This document shows positions 38,181 through 51,241 of a stretch of DNA of 64,000 bases, one piece after another. The translations under genes were made by a program, and so were the position numbers. Each line of letters opens with the position of its first letter. The first letter of the stretch is position 1. Under the pieces are notes generated by a model. The model did no database searches. It saw nothing but the letters and a program-made list of their open reading frames with translations, and was not told where the DNA came from. The DNA is from Felis catus (lineage: Eukaryota), in the NCBI RefSeq assembly GCF_018350175.1, contig NC_058368.1, positions 203,114,001 to 203,178,000 of the forward strand, given 5' to 3'.

Positions 38181-39385
38181 CTGCACTATCAAGAGATGAT
38201 TTATATTAACTTATAAATCATCAAAAGAAAGACCCTAGATTAATCTTTTCTTTGCTCAGCCCGTATTAAAACAAAAACTATTCTGTCAAATAATGCTGCT
38301 CAATTTGGGGGATACTGACCATTTTAGTTTTCCTCTACTAGAAAATACTGACTTTTGAACATTAAAGGAATCTGCTTCTATTTGGAAGATATGAAGGGGA
38401 AAAAATATCTTGCCGGGGGAAATTTTTCATTACAAACTAGGAGCTATTCTGACAAAATGCCTAGTCTGAAATATCAGTAACATTTCATTTCTATTCTCAT
38501 TTCTATTCTGAAAAATAAAGGACATAGGTCAATTCAGATGGTACAAGATATCCAGCCCTTTCTTGCCATCCACACACTTATCCCAGTTTCCCTAAGGACA
38601 GTTTGATTCTTCCCTGTTGTCAGCATAGTATTGACTAAGAGAAAGTATGTTGCCCAAGTAATCAAGTTTTCAGTGCCACCTCAACTTGTGATAGCAACTA
38701 CCAATGTCCATCTTCTTTAAGGAATGACTCGGGATGAGCAGTGCAATAGCCCTGACTATGATGAGTTGGTACTTGGTTAGTTGGTTGGTTGGTTGGTATT
38801 TTTATCTTTTTATAAAGACAGCAACTTACGCTGAGGACAGAATTTGTTTACAGCTACACGTTAGACTGGTACTAAAATACATTTTCAGTACACCATTCCA
38901 ATATTGTACCTTTCACAATTCGCTCTCATATAACCAAAAGATATGTAACTACATTTAGTCTAATCCCGCTCTGGTGTTTATTTCCAGTAGCAGATATAAT
39001 CATATTTTGAAATTAATTAATTGATTATGTAGTGATATAAAAAAAAAACAGAAGCTTGCTATTGTCTTCACTTACTTTTTTTCTTATTATTCTGCTACAG
39101 AGGGACACACATTTGTCCTAAACTAATTGTGCCTTGCTCATTACATTTATACTAAAATATTTGCCAAGTCAGTATGCACACATTTTTTTTCTAATTAGAT
39201 TTTTATTTTAATCATATTGAAGTCCCAATCAATTCAGAGTCTGCTGAAAATCCTAAATGGGCACTAGAACATTCTGCAATTATATTATAATTAGCATAAC
39301 GATATTGGGCAATAAGTGTATCCATAAATGTATTTTGATTGAAGGATTTTCTTCTAGATTTGGACTTGCCTTGTTCTTCACTCCA

Positions 39386-39583
39386 TTTTTTTTTAACGTT
39401 TCAAGTTTATTTATTTTTAAGAGAGAGAGAGAGAATGAGCAGGGGAGGGGAAGAGGGAGAGGGGGACAGAGGATCCCAAGCAGGCTCTGTACTGTCAGCA
39501 CAGACCCTAATGTGGGCCTCGAACTCACGAACTGTGAGATCATGAAGCCGGATGCTCAACCGACTGAGCCACCGAGGTGTCCC
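39386..39583 (-). mobile_element. Can-SINE
   Basis: TSD tcttcactccattttt. Confidence 0.95.
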
Positions 39584-41249
39584 TCTTCACTCCATTTTTC
39601 TGTGGGCCGCAGTCTTGTAGGTGCACCTCAGTCCCTATAGGTTGGCTCTCTCTACTTGTCCTTAAATTCCCTCACTCTGTGCCTTCATAACATGTCACAA
39701 TGTATGGCCTATCATGTGTGAAATCATTAGACCATGGCAAGTACTCAACCACTTGCTGCACCTACTGCAGAGGCTAACCCTCCTCAGCAACCTGGAAAGT
39801 CCACACCTCCTTTCATTGGCTGCCGTTAAAACCCATTGTGGATCCTTAACCTGTCATGGGAATTTGGTCGACTTGCCAGGCCTCACAACCCGCAATACCA
39901 CCTGAAAACCAGTACTGACAGACGTCTATTCAAGCTGCTTGGCAGAGGAACAGGACACGAGGATGTTTTGTTCTGTTTTGTTTTTTGCTTTGTTGGTCTT
40001 TTATGAACAGGTGTTTATTTTTAGGGTCCTCTCCTATTCTCCCAAAGAAAGTTGTGCTCAATAAAGAAGAAAGAGGAGGAAGAGGAAGGATAGAAGAGAA
40101 AGAGAAGGAATTGAAGAAGGAAAAATTAAAAGAAAGAGTTATATTAAAGGCTATTTGTGATTAGAGGTGAACTTACAGAATTTTCTCTGAAAAAGATGGT
40201 TAGAAGTCAACTCTGAATTGAAACTTCCGGTTTGCATGTTTAGTGAATGATACTGCCCTAGTTGAGGAGGCAAACAGGAAATGAGATACCATAATTTTTC
40301 CCTAGCAGTTCAAGGAGCTTGCATTGTTTACTTGTGATTTATTGACGAAAAGATCAATAGCGCTTTCTCTGTTTTCAGCTATTCGTTCAACAAATAACAC
40401 TGTAACCTTGCTTGGATTCAGTGCCCCAGACACAAAAGAAAATGCAATTCATCAGTCTACTTTTCATTGACATTGTGTCCCAGACTGGTCTTTTTGTGGA
40501 CAGATTGCAGAGTAGGTGAGGGACAGAATTGGTTCCCACTATTTTTTGCTGGAATTTACTTTCTACCTCACATGAAAATACTCAACCTCAGGCATTTAGC
40601 AAAAATATAATTCATTTTAGGAAAACTATTTTCATATAAAATTTACTATTGAGTCGAGGTTATATTGCTTTATATAAAACTTTTCAGATAATAATTGTGA
40701 AATTGGTCATTGATAAATATCTATTTTAAAGTACCAAGTCGATTATATCTAATATTATTTTTCTAAATCATATAGTACTACACTCTCTAATAAGACTATT
40801 ATCAATTGCCATTACCATATCTAGGTAACTCCACCTGGCTTCATTTGAGACAAAATTTCTTCTCAAATTTATTAATAGGGTCTATTTTCCTAAAGATTTG
40901 AACTGTCTTGGATAACATATAGAGTCACAGGGAAATGCAACACGTCGGTGTCAGAAATAGGAGAGCTGTACAAAAAATAGTGAAAGATTAGGTGTTGTTT
41001 AACTGTCCAACCATAGAGGAGTGATGGAGTGAATTATGGGACATCAACCCAATGATATATTTTATAGATATCTAAAACTATATCTGTGAGAAATTTGTAA
41101 CAGTAGGGACACATGTGATGTGTACTGGTAACAAAACAAAACAAAACCAAAGTTTGATACTCTTATACACAATTACGAAAATTTCTAAGGTAGGCATAAA
41201 AATAAGACACCAGAAGGAAATATATTGAAAGTTAAAAGACATTGCCTTT

Positions 41250-41472
41250 GGGGCACCTGGGTGGCTCAGTCCGTTGAGCGTTTGACTTCAGGTCAGGTCA
41301 TGATGTAGCGGTTAGTGAGTTTGAGGGTCCTATCCGGCTAGCTGCTGTCAGCCTGTCATTGCAGGGTCCACTTTGGATCTTTTGTCCCTCTCTCTCTCTC
41401 TGCCCCTCCCCTGCATGCGCCCTACTAAAGATAAATATTTTTTTAAAAAATGTTTTAATAAAAAATAAAAAT
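41250..41472 (+). mobile_element. Can-SINE within a probable old L1 3' relic
   Basis: TSD aaagacattgcctttg. Confidence 0.93.
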
Positions 41473-42332
41473 CAAAGACATTGCCTTTGGCAAAATTTAG
41501 AGTGTTTTTTTTTCTCATATTTCTCCTTTTTGTGTGTTCCAATTTTTCTGTGATACAATAGTAAAATAGGTTTAAAAAATGAGAAACTATACGGCTCTTT
41601 TCCTTTCTTTTCAGTCAGCTCTCCCAGTATAACTTTATTATTTTATGATAATGGCATTTGCTGATCTGGGAAATAACCTCAAAAAGGAGGAAACAAATTC
41701 AAAAACCAAATGTTCATTTATTTTAAATTACCTTTGATTTTGCACTCTTCATCATTATTGTACATAATCTAAAGCTAACCTTTTAAAAAAAGATAACACT
41801 TGGAAGTCATGTAACTTTTTATTTAAATCCAACTGTAGAGTGCTGATAGGGTAGCATGAAAAGTGTACTTTGAAATCATTATTCTTGTTTTAAGTTGCCA
41901 AACTACCAGGTAAAAACAAAGAAACGTCCCATGAAAAAAGCCATTACTTGGCTACTTGGGAATATAGCAGCTTTAGCTATGCAAAAACTAAACAAATGAT
42001 TTATGTGTTTAATGAATTTACACAGGGAACAAGTTATTTATAAAACTGTAAGTCAGCTAAATTTTCTAAATTTTACTTGTATGTAAATGATCATAACCTA
42101 ATTATCACTTTTATTTTTTAAACTTATTATTCCCTTAATAATCACTGTTTCAGAAACTGCCCTTCAAAATATGGCTTAGAGTTTTCTTCCATGTTTAGTT
42201 TTCACCCAAAATAATATAAGCTCTTAATTTGATCATGTGAGAAATAATACAGTATATTGCCTGCATTTTCAATCTACTTTAGCCATTTCCAAATATTCAT
42301 GATCATAACTTACAATTTAAAAAACAACAACA

Positions 42333-42575
42333 GGGGCGCCTGGGTGGTGCAGTCGGTTAAGCGTCCGACTTCAGCCAGGTCACGATCTCGCGGTCCGTGA
42401 GTTCGAGCCCCGCGTCGGGCTCTGGGCTGATGGCTCAGAGCCTGGAGCCTGTTTCCGATTCTGTGTCTCCCTCTCTCTCTGCCCCTCCCCCGTTCATGCT
42501 CTGTCTCTCTCTGTCCCAAAAATAAAAATAAAAATAAAAAATGTTGAAAAAATAAAAATAAAAAAATAAAAATAA
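42333..42575 (+). mobile_element. Young cat-type Can-SINE
   Basis: Near-consensus with CpGs intact; (AAAAAT)n tail; TSD taaaaaacaacaa. Confidence 0.97.
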
Positions 42576-42625
42576 AAAACAACAATAATAAAAGGACTTA
42601 AAAACCATATATTAGTTCTTTAAAA

Positions 42626-42829
42626 TTTCTTTTTAATGTTTATTTATTTTTGAGGCAGAGAGAGACAGAGCATAAATGTGGGAGGGGCAGAGAGAGAGGG
42701 AGACACAGAATCCAAAGCAGGATCCATGCTGTCAGCACGGAGTCCAACAGGGGCTCGATCCCACAAACTGTGAGATCATGACCTGAGCCAAAGTCAGATG
42801 CTTAACCAACAGGGCCACCCAGGCACCCC
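42626..42829 (-). mobile_element. Can-SINE
   Basis: TSD ccatatattagttctt. Confidence 0.95.
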
Positions 42830-43522
42830 TTCCATATATTAGTTCTTAACAGGATATAAAGATTTTCTGGGATAACAAATAATAGAGTAAATTTTCCAAA
42901 TAGCTTACACAGTTCATGGCCTGTTCCAAAGTACTAGACAAATTAAATGATTTGATATAACAAAACTAGAGTAGCACTTTCAAAATAAAGCAAATCTCCA
43001 ATGAACTGAATGTGGCACATCTTGGCCTATTTCTATGGTAGAGATTGACATGAGGAGAAAATATATATCTCATTCTTGTTCAAGGACCTAGAGTTTATAG
43101 TTATTTATGTATATATTTGTTTGATTTATTTAAAGTAATAGACCTAAGATAAGAAGTGTACTGTAAAATACATACTATGTGGCCTCAGACAATTCATCTG
43201 TTGATACCCTAGATAACAGCTGAAAGCATGGTTATGATTTATCATAACCATGTTTGGAGAAACTACTAATTACTATATAATTTAATTTTCTATAATGGCC
43301 TGAAGTCTCATCTTCTAATCAAAGTTTCAATTATCCTCCAAATTCTAGAATTTCTGAAGTCAAATGCAGTCCCAGAAATATATAGATACTTGATCAGAAA
43401 AACACTGATGTGCTCCAATGGAAAAAGTTTACTGTGAGTGTTGGGGTGGAGGAGGGGGTGAGGGTGACAGAAAGCAAAGTAGAAGAGAAAAATAAATATC
43501 TAGATAGATTTAAACTACATGA

Positions 43523-43586
43523 ATATATATACGTATACGTATATATATTATATGTATATATATATATACATATAATATATATACGT

Positions 43587-43629
<43 letters not shown>
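43523..43629. repeat. (TA)n-rich microsatellite
   Basis: Direct inspection. Confidence 0.95.
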
Positions 43630-43631
<2 letters not shown>

Positions 43632-43811
43632 GGACTGCAAGGAAGCTTGAAAATCTCTTAGCAATATCTGGGATGGGAGTAATCAGCTAAATTCTATATG
43701 GTTAGGCTTGCTTTGATGGTTAGGATTCACAGTCTAGCAATGTGCATTTGGAATATGAATAATCATTCTTCCTTTTGGGTATAGATTAAGGGATTTTGAG
43801 CTTTTATTTTG

Positions 43812-44019
43812 TTTTTTTAATGTTTATTTATTTGAGAGAGAGAGAGATAGAGTGCATGAGCTGGAGAGGGCCAGAAAGAGAGAGAAAGAGGATCTGAAGC
43901 AGGTTTTTTGCAGTGAGCACAGAGCCCGATGCAGGGCTCAAACTCACTAACTGTGAGATCATAACCTGAGCCAAATTCAAGAGTTGGCCTCTTAACCAGT
44001 TGAGCCACCCAGGTGCTCC
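43812..44019 (-). mobile_element. Can-SINE
   Basis: tttaatgtttatttattt tail through ttgagccacccaggtgctcc head. Confidence 0.93.
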
Positions 44020-46387
44020 GAAGATGCCTTCCAGAAATTAGTTAACTACATGCACTACATTCTCTACATACACTCATTTTCAGATGATTTGCCTCTTACC
44101 CTCAAAGAAGAATACAGAAAGTAAAATCAGTTATTGAAATAGTTTTATTGAATTCATGTGATAACACATATGAGCTAGACCTATATACCCTAATAATCGG
44201 CTTAGGTTGGGAATTCCAAAATGTGAATTTTGTGTCCTTCCGGACAACTCAGATGCCTTTAGAATGAGCAATTAAGATATTGAATAAAGAAAAGTTGGGA
44301 AGTGGTGAAGTAACAACAAACCCACTGACATGGATGACTACGTCATAAAATTGAGTTTCTCCCCTAGAGAGTAGGCAGTCTCAACAGCAACTACGAAATG
44401 TCAAATTGAACGATTATCCAAGATAATTTTTACCACCAGGCAAGTTTGGCAAATGCTATCTTAAAGGAAACTGGAGCCCACGTCGAAAGCTCAGAGGAAG
44501 TGTTCTTCCTAAAGATTAGAGGCAAGAATGAGAGATGTGTTTGGCTCCAAAGCCCCTAATATTTTACTACACCAAACAGAACCCCATTACTACCTACCTC
44601 CAAACTCCTTCCAGTGCCATAATCACCTAACCAAATTCAGTTAAGTATGCCACACATCATGGTAGTTGTTACTTACATTATTATGATGTTCTTGTCTGAG
44701 AAATCACAATCTGCAATTCTATCTCCATTTTCATTATAGTGACTCTTCTTGGTCTAAATGGAAACCGTCTCACTTCTGCATAAAAGAAGGAATTGTAGAT
44801 GCAGTTAATAAGCTGTAATATTTGAATTTAGGATGCCTTTGAAAATGTAGGCAGGCAATAAAGAGCATATTTAAATTTGACACTGCTTTTTAAAAAGCAA
44901 AAAACAGAGGGCTTTTTGCTGTGGTGTGAAATTGGGCCCTTTAGCATGAATCACAACAAAGAAATAATTTCCTCTTTTTCTTGAAGCTAAGTTGCTCTGA
45001 AACTATGCTTCTGAGTCTCACAGCTTAAGGCTTTTAAAAAGACTGAGAAAATATTATATGGATCCATTTTAAATATCACAGGACTTTCCAGCTTATTCAC
45101 CATTGGTACTCACAGGTTCCCAGTCAATAGTCTAAAGGCCAATGGAGTTCACTAATATTACCCCCATAACAATTTTAAACAGATTGTAGATTTCAGTACC
45201 CAATGGAAATTTAAAGATGTAGCCTGAAAAGATCAGGAAGCAGCTCTTTTTGTGTCAGTTACCTGGCCAAAGCATAGAGAAGCCCCCCACCTACTTCTTT
45301 GTACTCACTCAGGCGGGTAAGGAAAGTATATGGACCACTTCCATCTTCTAGGTTTTTCTCAGTGGACAATCACCTCATTGCAATTTCCTTTAGCTTACCC
45401 TGCTCCAGATATACGGTACCTTTTTGTTTCTCAAGGCCAAATCCTTTTTACCCTAAGATTCCACCCCCAATATTATATCCATAGAGAGGCCTTCTCCGAC
45501 AACTGTAAAATAGCCACTTTTGTTTACTTTCCATCATAATGCACATTCCCCCCCCCCACAGGACAGAGGATTTGTCTGCCTTGTTTACATATGTATACCC
45601 AGAACATGTAACAGTCCCTGGGTCACTGAAGGTGCTAACATAAAATGAATGAATGAGTAAAAGAGTGAATTGGTAAATCTATCCTGTATTCAGCATTCAC
45701 CTAGACATTAGAGATGCAAAGTTCAATCAGACATGGGAAACTCATGGAACTTACTAGACCAAAAGAATGCTAGACAAATTTAAAATCCAAGGTTCATATT
45801 TTGGAAAGATTACTGTGGATAGGAAAAGTTTACAAATGGATTGTAAAAGAGCTGGACTGGATGTAGGCTGCATATTTTGGAGGCTATTCCATAAAGTAAG
45901 CAAAATATTATGAGGCCCTGAAGTAAGGCAGTGTTAAAGGGAAAGACAGAAGACTGATCCCAAAGATGTTAAAGAGGATGAATTAATTGTAAGATATGAA
46001 GACGATGTTGGAGTTTTGACTTAGAGTACAGTCTTAGGTAGCTACATAAATAAAAATAACATGCATTGAAATAAGGATATAGTAAAGCATAGAAAGAGGG
46101 AAGATATCATGTATTAATATTCTAATATATTGTGTTTGCACTGTCCAATATATGTGTTTTTTCCACACCACCAAGTAATGAATTCAATTATCCATGGACA
46201 CTGACAGTGCCTCCCACAAATTTAACTCCCTTCTGATACTATGTATCTGGAGTTAGCCATCAAATCATACAGGTTAAGGATTCAGACCCACAAGACTGCC
46301 CTCCCTTGCCCACTTCAGACACCAATTCCCAAGTTCAGATTGTCAACTGGCTTTCTGACCAACAAGCTATAGATTGGAGGTTCCAAC

Positions 46388-46985
46388 TGTTGCCAAGTGG
46401 ACTGGAGAGACCTAGGGCCCTAAGGCCTCAACCCAGCCCACCCAAAAGATGTCACTGGAGGCTCCTGGTCTTGTCACAAGAAAGAATTCAAGGATAGATA
46501 CAACACAGCAGATGAACAGTGCAAGCAAAAAAGCTTATTAAAGGGAAAGTACACTCCTGACATGTGAGAGCAGATGTGCTCCAGGGAGGACTACACTCCC
46601 TGGGGTCTGGGTTTCCATCTTTTATTGACAGTTGTTAACAAGTGGGTGGAATATTCATTACTTGAGAAAAGGATTTCTTGGAAGCAGGTGGTCTCTTTAG
46701 GAATGGGGTTACATACTTTGTTTTTCCTTATTTGGTCACGGGTTTCCTGTTATGACACCCTTTGGGAGGAGATTTTAGTATGGCAATATAGTCTAATAAA
46801 GGAATATTGTGAACTTTGGCCTACTTTGTCAGCCATCTTGGGCTTGTCTGGTTTGATCAGGGTCCTCGTGGTTTTGTCTTGGAGTGCTGCCAGGACAGGC
46901 CCCTGACTCCCCCAGTGTTGGCCATGACTTCCTCTTTGTTGGCCTCTAGGCCTCCTGTTTTACAACCTAACTACCTATACTAACA
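46388..46985 (-). mobile_element. Solo LTR, 598 bp, ERV1-like
   Basis: TG...CA termini; 4-bp TSD caac (46384-46387, 46986-46989); MER21 sequence is continuous on either side. Confidence 0.85.
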
Positions 46986-47089
46986 CAACGACTCACTCCT
47001 GGGGCTTGATTAATTTGCTAGAGCAACTCACAGAACTTAAGAGAAACATTTACTTACTAGGCCACCAGTTTATTATAAAGGGTATTACA

Positions 47090-47321
47090 GGAGCGCCTGG
47101 GTGGCTTAGTCGGTTAAGCGTCCAACATCAGCTCAGGTCATGATCTTGCTGTTTCTGAGTTGGAGCCCCGCTTCAGGCTCTGTGCTGACAGCTCAGAGCC
47201 TGGAGCCTGTTTCAGATTCTGTGTCTTCCTCTGTCTCTGTTCCTTCCCCACTTGAGCTCTCTCTCTCTCTCTCTCTCTCTCAATCTCTCTCAAAAATAAA
47301 TAAACATTAAAAAATAAATAA
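47090..47321 (+). mobile_element. Can-SINE inside the MER21-like LTR
   Basis: TSD ataaagggtatta(c/t)a. Confidence 0.96.
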
Positions 47322-48268
47322 ATAAAGGGTATTATAAAGGGTACAGATGAACAGCCAGAGGGAAGAGATGCATGGGTCAAGGTACGAGGAAAGGCCTGTG
47401 GAGCTTCCATGCTCTAGAAGTGTACCATTTTCTCCAAATCTCCACATGTTCTCCAATCTGGAAACTCTGGAGGTTTTTATAGAGGCTTTCTTTCTCAGGC
47501 ATGATTGACTGAATCATTGGCCACTGGTGATTGAACTTAATCTCCAGCCCATCTCCCCTCCCTGGAAGTAGGGGTGTGGGGTGGAGACTGAAAGTTCCAA
47601 CCCTCTAATCAGATGGAGGTTGGTTCCCCTGGCAACCAGCCCCCATTCTAGGGTTAGCCAGCAGGCTTTCCAAAAGTCACCTCATTCACATAACAAAAGA
47701 CACAGGCATTGCTCTCAGCACTTAGGAATCCAAAAGGGTATAGGAGATCTGTGCCAGGAATGGAGATAGAGACCAAATATATGTTTCTTTTTGTAAACCC
47801 CAATACCATAACTGTTCGATACAGAAGTTGAGATATTCAGGGGGCATTTAGATACATGTGCCTGAGTATTCAGGACAGAGATAGGGGTTAGAAATTTAAA
47901 TTAGGTAATTGGTACACACAGAGACAGTACTGGAAACCATAGAAAGAAAGGAAATAAGCCAAAGAGCATCAATAGATACAGAAAACAGGAAAGTCAAGGA
48001 CAAAATCTGAAGGTGTACGTGCAAACTGACACTCCTAGAAACACGTGCAACCTTTGAGTGCGGGGGGTGGCTATCTAAGCATTCATAAAAGGTGTAAAAA
48101 TCCTACTGCACCTAGCTAAAGCAGTTGCACGTAACAGCATAATTATAAAGTAGAACAGTCCCGTTGGGAAAGGCATGCGCTGAATGGGAGAGTTGGAATA
48201 AAGCCAGACACTGTCTTCTGAGTAGAGTGGTTCCAGTACATCATAGCCTTTCGTAACTGTTGCCCTTT

Positions 48269-48270
<2 letters not shown>

Positions 48271-48299
<29 letters not shown>

Positions 48300-48305
48300 A
48301 CAAAC
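48271..48305. repeat. (AAAAC)n
   Basis: Direct inspection. Confidence 0.9.
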
Positions 48306-48552
48306 CTGACATTTACCAAAAATGTAAAATTCTTTCCTTAGAAAAGTCAGAATTGTCAATATAATTTGGTGGACTAGAAAAACAGAAAATAAGATAATAC
48401 AAGTTTTCAGGCTCCTGATGTGTGTCTGATCCTCATCCTCCCAAAGGAGTCTTCTTATTCTAGAACTACGTACACTTGAACTACAAAATTATAAGGGTAA
48501 CGTGTTTACTGAGGATGTGCAAATTTCCAAGTCCCATGATTGAAGCATTATG

Positions 48553-48766
48553 TTTTTTTTTAAGTTTATTTATTTATTTTGAGATACAGAGAGACAGTGA
48601 GCACTAGAGGGGTAGGGACAGTGAGAAAGGGAGAGAGAATCTCAAGTAGGCTCTGTGCTGTCAGCACAGAGACTGAGGCAGGTCTCGATCTCAGGAACCG
48701 TGAGATCATGACCTGAGCTGACATCAAGAGTTGGATGCTTAACTGACTGAGCCACCCAGGCATCCC
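48553..48766 (-). mobile_element. Can-SINE
   Basis: TSD aagcattatg. Confidence 0.94.
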
Positions 48767-48989
48767 AAAGCATTATGGGTTTTAATAGCCAATGAAGGCT
48801 TGGTTTCATCCCCACCACCCTGCTGTATCCTAAGTCACCAAATAAGATACACAGATATTCGTAATGATGGTTTGAAATGATACCCGGAATTATTTCTTAA
48901 ATGCAGAATTGTAAATGAGAGCAAAAATTTTTTATTTTAATTAAAATATAAAAACAGGCTGTTTTACTTTATATACAGCTATTAATGAT

Positions 48990-49206
48990 GTATTTTATTA
49001 TATTATTATACATATTATATATATAATATATATTATATATAATATATATATAATTATATATTATATATATAATTTATATTATATTATATATTATATAATA
49101 TAATATATATTATATATATAATTATAATTATATTATATTATATTATTATAATAAATTATAATGTAATAAAATAAATTATATTACATACATACTGTATATA
49201 TGTAAT
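48990..49206. repeat. TA/TAT low-complexity expansion
   Basis: Nearly pure A/T. Confidence 0.92.
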
Positions 49207-50521
49207 ATATACAGCTATTTAATGACATACTTATTTCAGCTATAGTTTAACATAGACTTGTGAATTTCCGTACTACTTAGCTTTGCACACTCTCCCTTCA
49301 TTCTTTTATCTCTGTTCTAATCAAACAACCAAGTCAGTTGCTGAACGACTCACTAGCCCTGTGTTAGATGGTGGGATTACAGCAATGAACTAGACCGTGT
49401 GCCTGCTGATAGATAGCTCACTGTCAGGTGTATATAGCCCAGCTACTGCTGGATTTCTGTGCTACTTCGCTCCATTATGATTTATTTTGGCAGATCCTTG
49501 CTTTGGGCTTTCACCTAGTCTACCTTCTAACAAAAGAGCCCTATCCTGATCCAGGATACTAGGCCACCTGCCCTACCACCCCTAAGAGCAGGCAAACCCA
49601 CAAATCCACTGGCTCCTTCTTCAACATTTGTGTTTTTCTTTATTAATTTTGGCTCCAGAGTAGAGAAAAAGTAATTTCAGAGGGAGTAACATTGGAGCTG
49701 GGACTTTAAAGTAAAAGGATATTGAAAAGAGTATGAGGAAGGGCACAGAGGTGCCAGAATTTTTAAATATTAACAATGTCTGGGGCACCAAAAGGAATGG
49801 GATACAATAAAGACATTGCAAATACAGCGAGAACATGCATTTTACTAAGCCTTATAACAATGGTAGATAACGATGTCTTCTTTTTTGTTGAGGAACATTT
49901 GCTTAGAAGCATGCACTGTACTTAATAATCTATGACCTCATTTAATCCACACAGACTCAATGAAGTGATTCCTGTAGTTAGCACCATTAGAAGAGGAAAC
50001 TAATACATAAAGAACTGAAATCCGCATCGAGCTCTTTCTTATCTCAGAGCACTTTCTTTTACATTAAATTTATTGGACAAGCCATGACACTTTCTAGCAC
50101 TTTGGGAATCTAAGTCCTATTTCTCACATTGCTTCCAGAAGAAAATAGGTTATAACTTCCAAAAAATTAACTTTCAAATGAACTTCTAGAACACAACCTA
50201 TTTATAACTACACGGAATTGTCTACGTAGTTTAAAATGCCTTCTCTCCTCATGCAAGATGATGTTTCCTACACATCTTGCTATAGCAAGGCACAGCAACA
50301 TTGCTAGATACGTGAAGTCTTAAGGGAGAACATATGAACTCATAGAACATATTTTCTCATTCTAACCTGTCTGGAAAATGTAACTGAGCATTGTGTAATA
50401 TATTATTTGTTTCCTTTTTCTTTTCCATTACATCATATTTATCCAAGGCATATCTCGTGGTACCAGTAGATGTCTACAAAATAAATTACCCGAAAAGAAA
50501 GCATTAAAAGATAGTTACACT

Positions 50522-50730
50522 GGGGTGCCTGGGTGGCTCAGTCGGTTCAGCGGCCGACTTCGGCTCAGGTCATGATCTCACGGTCCGTGAGTTCGAGCCC
50601 CGCGTCGGGCTCTGTGCTGACAGCTCAGAGCCAGGATCCTGTTTCAGATTCTGTGTCTCCCTCTGTCTGACCCTCCCCCGTTCATGCTCTGTCTCTCCCT
50701 GTCTCAAAAATAAAAATAAACGTTAAAAAA
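50522..50730 (+). mobile_element. Young Can-SINE
   Basis: CpGs retained; TSD aaaagatagttacact. Confidence 0.97.
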
Positions 50731-51241
50731 AAAAGATAGTTACACTGTAAGAACTTAAATGTCCATATTTACCATTCACACCCACATCTGGGTTCTGACT
50801 TTCTAATAACCTTTTACTTCTAGGCCTTTGTCATTTAACCCTTTGTTTCACAAATTTTTTCCACTTGATAATGCATACTTGTATTAGTCTCTCCCATTCA
50901 AACCTGACACTACCACCACCCCAGGCAAAATCACATTTATAATATTTCCATTAATCAGTCAGAGCTTACCCATCTAATAAATCTGAAGATCCCCTTATGT
51001 ACTAGACACTCAAGTGTACTAGCACCGCTCAAGTCCAGTGCTCTGTGCAGGATGCTGGGTGTATGTAATCCACATGTGTTTCAATAGAATCACATGTTCT
51101 CTCTAAGTTAGGGAAATCCTTTGACTGAGGCAACTGTCTCTTAAGCCACAGGCCTCACTTGGACATAGATATACTGCTTAAAATGTAAGGGACTTCATGC
51201 TTCTCCTATTTACTATGAGTACTTTACAGTTACTGACTTTA

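Larger units (their letters stand above)
46142..47810 (-). mobile_element. MER21-like LTR interrupted by an ERV1-like LTR and a SINE
   Basis: caggttaaggattcagacccacaagactgccc; ttgattaatttgctagagcaactcacagaact; ctgaaagttccaaccctctaatca; tgtgccagga...gaccaaatatat. Confidence 0.85.
45560..48010. mobile_element. L2 relics flanking the LTR stack (~45560-46140 and ~47811-48010)
   Basis: tgaatgaatgag end, ttggaaagattactgtgg and agttgagatattcaggggg...atacatgtgcctgag L2-type motifs. Confidence 0.55.
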
